NCBI GenBank assembly: GCA_964016885.1
Contig: OZ024741.1
Coordinates: 292,020,001-292,084,000, forward strand
Length of the DNA stretch: 64,000 bases
From: Eledone cirrhosa
Lineage: Eukaryota
Reading direction: 5' to 3'
Position numbers and translations under genes: made by a program. Below, in pieces: positions 14,666-28,476 of this stretch; positions within the stretch are counted from its first letter, which is position 1; the number at the start of each line of letters is the position of its first letter. The notes beneath the pieces are model-generated. The model did no database searches, was not told where the DNA came from, and was given only the letters and a program-made list of their open reading frames with translations.

Positions 14666-15727
14666 ACCTCCTTCTGCAAGTATTAGGTTGTCAAGTATGA
14701 AATTTGTAGAAATTTCTTTTTTTTCTACAAATCTCTACACATTTTATATTTGACGACCCATTAGTTGTAACCGACAGAGAGTTTCAGAAATGGAAAGACC
14801 AATGGGAACATAATTTTCTTTGTCCTATACGACGATCGCTTCCTTCCTTTAAATAAATAAAACATATAATTACTATCAGAAGGAAGAGTCTCAATGTGCT
14901 CAGTCAACCTACTAGAAATAAGAGCCACATCCATTTTACATCACATACCGTCTGGGATAGACACAGCTGGAACGTTTAAGATCATTGGTATGTTTCATGA
15001 ATGTTGACCTGGGGGGTAAACAGCATTTACTAATGCTACCAACACCATCACCATCATCAGCAGCTCCACCATCACCATCAACACCAGCCACACCACAACC
15101 ACCGTCACAACTACTACTACTACTACAACCACCACCACCACCACCACCACCACCACTACCACCACCACCACCACTAATACTACTACTACTACTACTAGAG
15201 AGACCTCATTTGCACTGGATGGATGATGAGTGGTGCTACTACTACCACTACCGCCACCATCCATCAGAATAAGTACAACAACTACACCGCTACCAACGGC
15301 CAACTTACAACCACCACCACAGCTAGCACCACCGCCACCACTACCACCACTTCCACCGAAACATCGCAATTTCTACTTGAACTAAAGGAATTATAAAACT
15401 ATTTGCAGGATCGTCTGTGGAATTATAACCACGTGATTTCTTGTCGTTGTTGCTCTTTTAGTTTTTGTTGTTGTTGTTGATTTGTTATGCGCCTCTATTT
15501 ATAGAACAAATCAATAAAATTAAAGTAAAGGAATATATAAGACGATAATGAAATAACAAAATAAAGCCCGTTTTGTAACATCTGGAAAAAATTGGTGCAG
15601 GTACTATTATGTGGTTAAAACGTTCGGTTCACAAATTTGAAAATCTAGGTTCGATTCCACTGCACGGATCCTTTAGAATGATACATCTAGTGCAGAATTT
15701 TGTACACGGAAACTGTGCAGCATTCTG

Positions 15728-15771
<44 letters not shown>

Positions 15772-15960
15772 TTTTATATATATAATTATATTAGAATATA
15801 AAAGAAAAACGAACACAGACATATACATATATGTGTTCAAATTGTAAGGGACCGGATTCGCTAAGGTGAAAGAATACTAACTATAGACAATTGGGTTTGC
15901 TTGTCTCAATTTAAGAAAAAATTAAGAAAATAAATACAAACCGGAATTGTGGTAACTACC

Positions 15961-16040
15961 GATCTCCCAGACAACTTGTTGTTGTTTCGCAATGTTAATT
16001 GTGAATAGAATTAGCAATTCAAGCTCATCAGTGGGTGATG
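15961..16040 (-). ncRNA. Type I hammerhead ribozyme motif
   Basis: Minus strand: ATCACCCA-CTGATGA-G[long stem II]C-GAAAC-AAC-AACAA-GTT-GTC-TGGGAGAT. Canonical core, 5-bp stem III, and stem I with one mismatch. Predicted cleavage after GUC (15970/15969). Confidence 0.8.
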
Positions 16041-16254
16041 AATTAGTATCCTAGACACTTCTAAGTATATTAAGACTTTGAATAGTGTGCTATATATAAA
16101 ATAGCGCACATGGTATCTTAGCCTGTCTCACAAACTTACACCACTAAAAATAGCAGCCAGTTTATTCGACATTTGAAATAGCTCAACAAATTAAAGGAGC
16201 CGAATATATAAAAGGTATATATTGAGAAGTCTCAAAACCTTTGAGGTGATTTTA

Positions 16255-16812
16255 GACACCCTGCAGGACAAAAAACAAAACCTGACAAAGGGTGGAAGAA
16301 CTCATAAGAGTTAACGGCCATCCGAAAGACATGTACCGCGCGGTTAAACCACTGGGAGTAAAGGACTCCTAGCCTTTGTCAGGGCATTCTTCTAAGAGAA
16401 GCCAACTCATGAAACTGGGATAACTCCGATATAAAACCTGCGGCTCAGTGGTTACCGATGATGTTGATTTTTTTCTTCTTTTCGGGTTATAGCTAGTGTC
16501 GCTCAGAGAGTGGGAGTGGCTCAGTGCGCTGTCTTTCCTCAAATCAAAAAAAAAATATCTTCACGCACAGGCATTGCACGATAGAATTAATTAATTGTTT
16601 CTACATTTGGCACAAGGCCAGACATTATCTCAGTGTATTACTGGTACTTTATTTTATCAACCCCGTAAGGATGAAAGGCAAAGTTAACCTCGGCGGGATT
16701 TGAACTCAGAATGGCAAGGGCCATAACACTTTGCTGCTAGAATTAATTAATAATTATTAATAATGGTATATCGTGCAATGGCCATACTCGATAATGAGGG
16801 GGCAGCCATCAT
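16255..16812 (+). mobile_element. Diverged RTE-derived non-autonomous element with nested SINE family 1 (16592-16735, minus)
   Basis: CCTGCAGGAC(A/T)AAAAACAAAACCTG, GCACAGGCATTGC and CTCGATAATGAG...GCAGCCAT match 42623-43199. The SINE is flanked by a TAGAATTAATTAAT duplication. Confidence 0.7.
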
Positions 16813-17031
16813 ATACATATATGTATATAAATGTATGTATGTGTATATATATATATATATATGCATATATATATCATATATATGTATTATATATATATAT
16901 ATATATGTCTATTTAGTAGTAATGAATGTGAAGACTAAAATCCGAAGAGGGCTCGATAAGGATTATATATATATAATATATATATAAACCCGTAGAGCAA
17001 ATATTTATTATAAGAACAGATTAAAGTTTAA

Positions 17032-17251
17032 CAATTTAGCATTTAAACCGGCCATATCCAGTCAGAATTCTCTCACCACTTTCTCTTCAAACCAGCTGTA
17101 TCTGGCCGCTCATACTGATGCTAAGGTATTTTTCTCAAAATAAATAATATCAACATCTCATAAAATCGATATGATGTGGGATAATATGTATGATAAAGCC
17201 TTTACCATAAAAATCCAATAGTTTATATAGAGTAATGTAAATGCTAAAGGG
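17032..17251. mobile_element. piggyBac-like MITE
   Basis: TTAA on both sides, with ends CAATTTAGCATTT / AAATGCTAAAGGG. Second, 3'-truncated copy at 54734-54940. Confidence 0.75.
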
Positions 17252-17370
17252 TTAAGCAAAGAATCGCTGCTTTGGTTCGTGAAGACGTTCCCTAACAATG
17301 AACGGAAAGAAGCGAGGATAATTACGTCGTTATGTGGGTATATGTATGTATATATATACATACACAACAT

Positions 17371-17406
<36 letters not shown>

Positions 17407-17422
17407 GGGGGGGGGAATATAC

Positions 17423-17466
<44 letters not shown>

Positions 17467-17507
17467 GCATATACCCACACACACACATATATATATATAT
17501 ATAATTT

Positions 17508-17564
<57 letters not shown>

Positions 17565-17584
17565 GCATATACCCACATCCACAC

Positions 17585-17619
<35 letters not shown>

Positions 17620-17880
17620 ATTTTGTGTATATATATATATATATATATATACATGCATATACCCATATATATATATATATATACATGCATATACCCACAC
17701 ACATATAAATATACATATATATATATATAATTTTGTGTATGTGTTGGTTGGAACACTCAACGAAGTGCGCAGGTTCCTTAGAGAACTAACAACACACCCA
17801 GGAGCTGGGCATATCAATGAATTAACAAGGAAAAATCCATTACAACATCATATTTTCCTTTTTTTTCTGATTAAATTCTT

Positions 17881-17938
17881 ACTGACTGATGAGGTCATAG
17901 CCTTTGAATAATGGCTACGACTGAAATATATATAGCTG
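17881..17938 (+). ncRNA. Minimal hammerhead ribozyme motif (stem I degenerate)
   Basis: CTGATGA-G-GTCATAGCC-loop-GGCTACGAC-T-GAAA-TATATATA. Stem II is strong and stem III is palindromic, but stem I pairs poorly. Confidence 0.55.
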
Positions 17939-18003
17939 CGAATATGAATAAACGAAGCTAATTTTACCCTGTTGACTTACACGTCTTATATATATATATA
18001 TAT

Positions 18004-18826
<823 letters not shown>

Positions 18827-18928
18827 TAAACTATTTTTTTAAACTATTTTTCACTGGGAACAATTTGTCAGCATTTTCTTTTCCTTTTACCAATATATCA
18901 CAACTCGTGTGTTACACCTCTATTCTTT

Positions 18929-19009
<81 letters not shown>

Positions 19010-19184
19010 ATACTTGGGGAGGGTCATATTTGCGTAATATTGCCAGAATTAATAACAGAACACACTCACTGTTTGGTTGGTTTTCGCTTCTCGCTGTCTT
19101 TTATATCTGCGATCTAACTTACTTGGTCCTCAATGTTGCCATTGACTGACCGACGGTCAAAAATGATACAGATACAATATAGAC

Positions 19185-19258
19185 ACAAACACATATATAT
19201 AGTTTACATAATTTACATAAATCTTTCGTTGCACATCTGCAACATCGTCAGTGGTGTT
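19185..19258 (-). ncRNA. Degenerate hammerhead ribozyme motif
   Basis: Minus strand: ACACCA-CTGACGA-T-GTTGCA-GATG-TGCAAC-GAAAG-ATTTATGTA-AAT-TATGTAAA-CTA. Perfect 6-bp stem II and a plausible bulged stem III. The 3' strand of stem I is disrupted by a TA run. Confidence 0.5.
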
Positions 19259-19295
19259 ATATTTTTTTCCACCTGTTGTGTTGTATGTCTACGCC

Positions 19296-19360
<65 letters not shown>

Positions 19361-19874
19361 TATATATGTATATAGGCCATCGAAGAGACTGTGAGTCTAT
19401 AAAGCAATTAATGCAGGTTTTAGATTTTTATTTGTCACCATTTTTTAAAGAATAAAACTCCCGTGATGCCTCCATCTCATTAATTGTGGTGGACTGTGTC
19501 AGAGACGCTTCAGATATATATTCAACGTTCCCTCAACAAACATTTGATTCCTCGTTTTCTATTAGTAGAATATGTTTTTCTCAGAAAACTGTCATATTAC
19601 ACATTCTTTATTCTGAAATTTCAAACCAATTCTATTCTATAATTTTATTGTAACAAACATGTCTCTTGTGCAGGTTTGTCTGCTACATTGGTGCTGTGAC
19701 GTCAGGAATTTCTATATTAATTCTTTTTATACGCTTGTTAGAACTGTGATATGTGATTTTCACTGCTGCAACGTTACTTATGTATGTATGCATGCATGTA
19801 TGTATGTATGTATGTATGTATGTATGTATGTATGTATGTATGTATGTATGTATGTATGTATGTATGTATGTATG

Positions 19875-19921
19875 TGGATATAAAGTAGTGGCCGTACTCG
19901 AAAACGAGTTGGCAGCCACCA
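19875..19921 (+). mobile_element. 3' tail fragment of the RTE-derived element inside (TATG)n
   Basis: GGATATAAAGTAGTGGCCGTACTCGAAAACGAGTTGGCAGCCA is identical to about 43155-43197. Confidence 0.85.
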
Positions 19922-19983
19922 TGTATGTATGTATATGCATGTATGTATGTATGCATGTATGTATGTATGTATATGCATGTATG

Positions 19984-20015
<32 letters not shown>

Positions 20016-20065
20016 TGTATGTATGTATGTATATGCATGTATGTATGTATGTATATATATGTATG

Positions 20066-20152
<87 letters not shown>

Positions 20153-20249
20153 GCATACATATATACCTATACATAACTAAGGTTACATAGGTACATCTAT
20201 CTCGCTAACTATTTATATATATGCATTTATGTATGAAATAATAGGTATG

Positions 20250-20281
<32 letters not shown>

Positions 20282-20424
20282 CATACATACATACATATAT
20301 ATATACATACATACATATATATAAAGCGTCAAATTAATATATATCTTCATTGTACTCTATGTATCGTTTGTTGTGATGTTTTCTGTTTGCTTTTTACTTA
20401 CACATATATGTGTGTGTATGCGTG

Positions 20425-20514
<90 letters not shown>

Positions 20515-20764
20515 CGTGTGTGTTTGCTTGTGAGTGTGTATGTATGTGAGTGCGTGTGTGTTTATGTTTGTATGTGCGCGTGTAATAATTAGCTATCAGA
20601 CTCCCGTGTAGCTAATTACTTGTTTAATTATGTGATCTTATTTGGCAGTATTGGGGTGAGATGTGAAATGTGTGGTGGACTGGGTGAGGGATGTTGCACT
20701 CAATATGTGTCAAAACATCGATTATTCAGAGGATAACGATTGTGGTGATATAATGATAATAATT

Positions 20765-21312
20765 ATAATTGTTTCTACACTTGGCACAAGGCCAGTAATT
20801 TAAAGACAAGGGGAATGTCGATTAAATCGATCCTAGCTAAGCTTGGCGGGATTTGAACTCAGAACTGACAGGGCCGAAACTATATGCCACATGCTTTGCC
20901 ACATATACTTACGTCCTTTACGTTCTGAGTTCAAATCCCGCTGAGGTTAACTTTGCCTTTCAATCTTACGGCGTCGATGAAATAATACGCTTGTACTGCA
21001 CTGGGGTCGATTTAATTGACATTTCCCTACCCCAAAATTGTTAGCATTTTGTCTAAATCAGAAACTACTGTTATTATCAATAATGATTTCAGGGCGGTGA
21101 ATTGGCAGTATCGATAGAGAGTCGATCACCATGCTTTACAGCATAGAATTATGGTCCTTAACGGTCTGAGCTCAAATCCCGCCGAGGTTAACTTTGCCTT
21201 CGATAGAATGAAGCACCAGTGCGTAAGGATGAAAGGCAAAGTTAACCTCGGTGGGATTTGAACTCACTCCGTAAAGGACCGTAACTCTATGCTGCAAAGC
21301 ATGGTGTCTGCC
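20765..21312. mobile_element. SINE family 1 fragments in inverted arrangements
   Basis: Minus/plus pair at 20765-21065, then a plus head at 21090-21200 and a minus fragment at 21222-21312. Confidence 0.75.
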
Positions 21313-21353
21313 CTACTATTATTATTAATAATAAAAATTCCCTTGGTTGCCAA

Positions 21354-21402
<49 letters not shown>

Positions 21403-22022
21403 GCTGTGTTGTATATTGTTTTGTTCTTATCCTCAACCTTGCTGTCTAATCCTTCGAAAACTCCCGCAGAGCCCCACACCCCCACCCCTTTGGAACACAA
21501 GACACAGGAGGAAGAACCACGACATCAAGTCATCAAACCCCTGACCAGACATTCATCTGTAGTCATCTTTGCCTGCAGTCACTTCATAATCTTCTTTCAC
21601 ATAGTCAAGATATGATTATGATGTTCTTATACTAATGAGATTCAATCAACAGACTGAACCACAAGACGAAGACGATTCTTCATTTTATCTTCTTCGGAAT
21701 GATAAGTAAAATTGACCTAAGTTGAACTTGAGCCCCATAGCTTTGATGCTCTAATGATTTTGCCAATCCACTGTTCAGAACGCTTAACGCAAGTACAACA
21801 GAAGGACGACTGTAGCTTTACCAACACCACAAGCACCATCGCTATCTCGACAACTGCCATCTCCATCACTTTTAACATAGCATAGTCACAACTATATATC
21901 TCTTCCACAAATATATTTATTATCTGCCTCAGTTCTAGGTAGAACAGTTCGGCCTTGCTCAACAAGTGGGCTATTGAGATATTCTCGTTGGGCCAGGGAC
22001 CTTTAAAATCTTTTTTATATGT

Positions 22023-22601
22023 GGTGGCTGCCAACTCGTTTTCGAGTACGGCCACTACTTTATATCCATGTAGGAGAACCCCTACCGATGCGCTGAACGA
22101 GTGTGAATTTTTAGTCCAGCCAGCGACTTGAAAACTCTGGTACAAACACTACACTTGTGACAATTATTGACACATAGTACTGGGCCCATGGTACCATGTG
22201 ACGACAAGTGCAGAGAGATCTCCAGATATAAAGCAATGCCTGTGCCGTGAAGTTTTTATAGTGAGCAAAGGCACTGCACAAAGCCAGTCCCATTCTCTTA
22301 ACCAAGATGATATTTACCAAAAAGAAGAACAAGTCAACATCTTTGGATACCATCAGAGTTGCAGGTGTTATATCAGAGTTTTCCTTCTCCTAGAATTCTG
22401 CCTTGACAAAGGCTAAGCGGTCATCTCTCCCGGTGATTTTGGATGGCCATTGACTCTTAAGAGCTCCTTTGCCCTTTGACAGGTTTTGTTTTTAGTCCTG
22501 CAGGATGTCCAAAGTCACCCTCCTCACGAAGAAACCTTGGTGGGGTTGCTAGTTTAGTCGCCAACGACCCGACCATGAGGCAAGTTGTACTGGGATACAT
22601 G
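22023..22601 (-). mobile_element. RTE-derived non-autonomous element (~580 bp)
   Basis: Highly similar reverse complement of 42623-43199. No real ORF. 3' stem-loop CTCGAAAACGAG. Confidence 0.8.
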
Positions 22602-23229
22602 TTACCTGTAAGATATCATATAATATACACACGAGTCATTGATATGTTTTCTATGTACCTCGAAAATGTTTAATATATTATATGTAAGGTATGATAAGAT
22701 ATACATGTAGGCGATGCTAAGGCGTATTAACCCATGTTATGTCCATATGACAAGGGATCTTTTCCGAAACATAAAGGACCAAATAAATACATCAGAAGTA
22801 ACATTTCAACACAATCGTTATTGTCATTATCAGAAAAACGACCCTTCGGGTGGGTTTCTGCTTGCATGTGTAGTGTGCATATTGATATTATACGTAAGTA
22901 TATATATATACATTTAGATATGATACATCAAATAAAATCGTAATTAACAATATACACGAAATTGAACGAAGACTGCGTTACACTGTCTTATGTAATCAGT
23001 AACATAATCCATGATACATTTTAAAAAGACGATATTATATATAAACTGCATTAGGAGAAAATTAGTGACGGAAATATATGAATGTTTATTTAAGCGATCG
23101 CTAACCGGAAGTGTTGACATTTGAAAATGTTAAAGAGGTGAATCTTTCAATAAGCAATAAAATATATTTAATCAAAAGCTACGTAATTTAGTAGATAAAT
23201 TATGTAATATTCATTCATTATTTATTCAA

Positions 23230-23413
23230 ATGGATTGGCAGTATTGGCATAGGGTCGGACGCCATGCTTTCCAGCATAGTTACGTCCCTTTACGGTCTGA
23301 GTTCAAATCCCGCCGAGGTTAACTTTGCCTTTCATCCTTACGGGGTCGATACAATAAAGTACCAGTAATGTACTGGGTAATTGATGGCCTTGTGCCAAAA
23401 GTAGAAACAATTA
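23230..23413 (+). mobile_element. tRNA-derived SINE, family 1
   Basis: Full copy with A and B boxes and the GTAGAAACAATT tail. Confidence 0.9.
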
Positions 23414-24534
23414 TTTATTCAAAGTAATCCAACTTATGTTAGAAACGAGATAAAAAATTATATTCTGGATGTAGTCCCGCACTCCTTTCTTTATTATAGT
23501 TAAGATTATAACATTACAGGTTATATTTACAAAACTGTAGCTTTCTTAAATACTGTTATATATACATTTATATATTTCAATATGAGCCTGCTGACTATAC
23601 TTTCAAATGTCTCTACCTATTAGAGGTATTTATATATCATTGTATGTATTATCACTCTAGCTCCTCTTACTAATTCACAAGTATTTACGGTATGAATACG
23701 AAATATTTATTCATCTAATAATTATCATAACACTTCATTTCCGTAAGGAAATTTAAATTGTGTTAAAACTGTTCAACTCGATGATTTGAGCAAATTTTTA
23801 GGAACGGTTTTCACAACAAAATGAACATATATGTATGTATGTATATATATATATATACATACATACTTATTCGTTCAATTGCGTGTACATACATACACAC
23901 ACACGCACGCAAACATACACATACACACAAACAGAAACGCACACAGACAGACACACACACACACACACACACATATTTATATATATGCATATGTATATAT
24001 ATATGAAGTGTGTGTAAATGAGTGTCTCTATCGATTTGAATACGTTTATGTATGTATATATATTTATGCATGCATGTATGTATGTTTACATGTATGTATG
24101 CGTCTATGTACACACACAAACACACATATATGTAGAATTTTCTGTTTGTTATTACTATATTATGATTTTTATTATTATTACTATAATATCATGATTTCTA
24201 TTATTATTACTGTTATTTTTATAATTGTTGGAATTGTTTTAGTTGTTTGCTTTGTTGTGTTGATTCTGTTTTAATCTCGTGGGTAGCTTGGCTGTTTTAT
24301 CATCTGAAATTTTCCAATCAATTTCACTTTTATTGAACCAACCGACGACACATCAAACACAACCCGTATAAACACCGTTTAATGGTCAAGTCATATCAAA
24401 AACTATATATTTATATATTTATATGGTTTCACTATAGGAGGAGTATTATTGTTATTTCCACTACACAAATACCCGTCCGGCAGATGGAGAAGACTAAAAT
24501 TAAAAGTGAACAGAAATTCTCGAAACCTCAACAG

Positions 24535-24760
24535 CCACCTTCCTCTTCGGCGAAGCCCTGATTAACTATTTTAGGTTTCACCTGAAGAGGAAAGTCAGGG
24601 TTGGGAGGGAAGTGCTGCCTTCCAACCAGTTTGTTGAATGGTGGATGAGAGTGTGGAGCATGGTCCGGGTGAATGGGCTTGTCTTGAGCATACGCCTGTC
24701 GATTGGAGGAGAATAATTGGGAGCGGGCACGGTGACCATGACTTTTGTGGGTTTTCTCGA
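24535..24760 (+). mobile_element. 3' end fragment of an L1/Tx1-like LINE
   Basis: Aligns by eye with 27770-27955 (TTTAGGTTTCAC(C/T)TGAAGAGGAAA...AGGGAAGTGCT...AGCATGG(T/C)CCGGGT). Confidence 0.7.
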
Positions 24761-25589
24761 GCTCTACCAGACTAACAAAGAAAATTGGTCGGGAAGCGGG
24801 CTCGAAATCCTTATGTAAAAAACGCAAAGGAATATAGACACCAGCAACATCAACACCAGTACCAGCAACAAAATCAAATAAAACAGTAACACCAACACCA
24901 TCAAGACCGACACCAACAGAACCAACAGAACCAGCAACAACAACATCAACATCATTGAGGACATACCAGTCTCTGGCATCACAGTCAGACTTAAATTCTG
25001 ACGAGGCCGAGCAATGGCAAACCGTTTACACCCTCCCCACACACACAAAAAAAAGAAAAGAACTCAACGAATTCTCCCTAAAAAAAACAGGACGAAAGAG
25101 ACAAAAAAAAATTAAAACCTACATCCCCACCACCACAAGTATCTACAACGCCAACCCTACTACTATTAACACCACAACAGTCACCACGCACACTAACATC
25201 AACCCAAACAAAACTTAACTCACACCCGCAACATCAAAAATATACAAACATCACAGTAAGTGTTTATTGCTGTGTAGCAATAAACACAACACAAAGTTAA
25301 TTAACTACTTACAGCACAACACCACAATTAGGCAAACGGATTTTATTATACCTCCAAAACCACACTACCTACAAACATACAAACCATACAAATCACACAA
25401 AACACATATATACACCTAAAAAAAATCCTACGATTCCTTTGGAGAATTCCGAGGGACACTCTCCAAAAGAATCTATACATATATTTCAACACCGCAGCAC
25501 ACAACCAAATGGAAGGACGGAACAAATCTAAGGTAAGTGGCCTTTTCCCGTATTCCCCTACTCTTAATCGATCATAGTCTCAATCAACA

Positions 25590-27960
25590 TAGAAAGTGTG
25601 AATGCACGTGGCCTGGAGGCGCCCTGGAAGCAGGAGCACCTGCTCAACAACCACAGGTCATTGAACATAGATATGGTGGCCATTATCAAGACCAGAGTTT
25701 CCAACGCATGAACCTATTTTTAGTGGCTACGAGGTGTACCTATCTACGAGCCGTCCGGTATCTGGAGACGAAGATGCTGTGCTGTCCCGGAAAGACCTGG
25801 ATCTCAGAATACGGACAATCTTCCTGGACTCGGAGGTACTGGACATGACCAGCGAAGAAGAAAACACCTTCAGACTAGTGACCGTCTATACTCCGACAGG
25901 GGCATGACGAATTGATTTCTTCTGACGCCCGGAAACCTTTTTAGGCACATCTACCTCTTTATTCTTAGTGGGCGTCTGGAACGGTATCTTAGATGCATAC
26001 TGCGAGTGTGTGGAACTAATGGATAGGGGAAGAAAGTGTAAAAACATCGCAAATATGCCTAGACGCTTTTAACTGTCTGACAGGTACCGACTAGATTTTC
26101 CGAAAGTGACAATAAGGACATGGACTAACCGCATCGGGTGATCTTGATCGTATCAAGATAAAGTATTCAGTAGGGAAGTAGACAAGGGTAGCATAGGTTC
26201 TCCCTAATCTAAAATAATCCAATACACAGGTGACAAATGTGTGAGGTGCAGACATGTGTCATTCCCAAAAGATCCATCCACGCGACAACCACCGCCTCAT
26301 GCGGCACCTCATATAGAGGATAGCAAAGGAACCTGGCCTGAGTGGGGCACTGATCAATTTAGATTAATTGAAAGCAATTGATAGTGTTGACCATCGGTAC
26401 CTGACGATGGTCCTCAAAGCAGCCGGCTTTGGGTTCGTTTTCAGATGTTGGATGGCTGCGGTGCACAGCGATATCTGCTCTGTGGTTAGAGTGAACGATC
26501 ATCTCTCGGAATAATTCAACATCATGCGCACGGTCCGCCAATGTTGTCCTCCCTCGACCTTGTTGTATCTATTGACTAGCACATGGAATATTTATGTAAG
26601 CTTATGCCGACAATATGACTGTTTTATTGCCAAGCACCAAACACGTCTATGTGATTGGCAGTGTTCTGAGGGAATACGAAGCGTTGGAAGGAGCGAAAAT
26701 TAACCAGGAAAGGGTAGTGGTCCTACAACTCGGCACCCGGAGACGCAGGTCCATGCCGTCCAGCAGGGCAGACAGACCGGTTAAATTGCAGAGGTACTGG
26801 TTCGCTCCAAGCATCCAAATGGAGAAAAAAATATGGATGAGGTGACGAACAGAGTGGCTAATCTTACCCAGATATGGACGAAGAGGAGGCTGCCTCCGAA
26901 AGTTAGGGAGAGACGGCGAACGTGTGCAACCCCCCACCGTCCATCTACTACAGCTTAACCCTCGTGCCATGTCCTAAACCGCGTGTGACTGCACTGTTGT
27001 GTTTGCTCTTCCACCTTTTATGGAAGTGACGCGTTTCAATGGTCAGGCGGTCTATCCGCTGTCAACACCCACTGCATGGAGGACTGGGAATGCGCAGACA
27101 TGCGCTGAGGCTGCGACATTTCCATTGTTTACTTAACAGTGAACAAGTGTGGCCGCAATTGACCAGACACATGTTCGCCCAGATCCTCTTTTTAACGGAG
27201 GTGCAGTCCTGGGTCAAGCGGAGACCGAGGAGAAGCATTTAGAAACTGGTATATTTTCAGGCGCTCGCAGCCCTCTGCCAATCGGGCAATATAATCAGTG
27301 GAAACTCCACCTTGGCGTTCTATAGAGGTTTAGTGGTGGACGAAAGCGGCAATGTTATTGGAGGAAACTTGAAACATCGATGAAAATCAACTAGTCACTT
27401 TTTTCGGGATAAGTTTCGGTCTAGTGCTCATGGATAATTTCCTGACATCCATGGCCTAGCAGTGCTACCGAGGAGGTTTGCCAGTTCGAGTTAAACTCTA
27501 CAGGCATGGAAGTGCTGTCAGCCGGGCCTATCCGAGATGCGTGCATGGCGACGAAACCGTCATGCACGCAATTGGCCAGTGCCCGCGCATTGCTGACTTG
27601 TGGGTTTATATCCTACCCCTGCTGTCGCGTGTAGGACAGATCCGGCTATAAGTCGAGACCATTCTGGAAATTGTCACGCCACCCTCTTTTAGTCAAGAAG
27701 GGCAGGCTGTGGCCATGGTGGAAGAGGTTGTATGGTGGAGATGCTTGAACGGGTGGAAGACAATCACTTTTCTCTTTGGCGAAACCATGATTAACTTCTT
27801 TAGGTTTCACTTGAAGAGGAAAATCAGATGCGAAAGGGAAGTGCTACCTTCAAAGCAATTTGATGAAAGGTGGGTGAGAGCCTCGAGCATGGCCCGGGTA
27901 AATGGCCCCGCTCTGAGTGTTAGCCTGCAGATTGAAGGAGAAAAATTGTGACAGGGCACC
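25590..27960 (+). pseudogene. Degenerate L1/Tx1-like LINE ORF2 (APE endonuclease, partial RT, C-terminal zinc-binding region)
   Basis: Collinear homology to 61343-64000 (NARGL...PWKQ, CTGTCTGACAGGTA, GACCATCGGTA). YADN near 26603, and PRC...ETVMH...CP near 27530. Many stops and internal deletions. Confidence 0.8.
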
Positions 27961-27974
27961 TAACCTAGAAATTA

Positions 27975-28253
27975 GGGCATTACTGGTACTTTATTGTATC
28001 GACCCCGTAAGTATGAAAGGCAAAGCTAATCTCGACGGGACGTAACTCTATGCTGCAAAGGATGTTGTCCGATGCTCTACAGATACTGCCAACTTACCGC
28101 GCTTCATTACATATTATATAATAAAACACATTCTACAATGTACCTAAGGAACCACTATGGAGCATCCATACTAAACTATTAACTTCTACTATGGTATCGG
28201 GTAACCGGGTATTCATTCTTGCATACATATACACACACTTACACACACACACA

Positions 28254-28302
<49 letters not shown>

Positions 28303-28381
28303 ACACACACACACATACACACTTACACACACACACACATACACACACATATATATATATATATATATGTGTATGAATACA

Positions 28382-28476
<95 letters not shown>

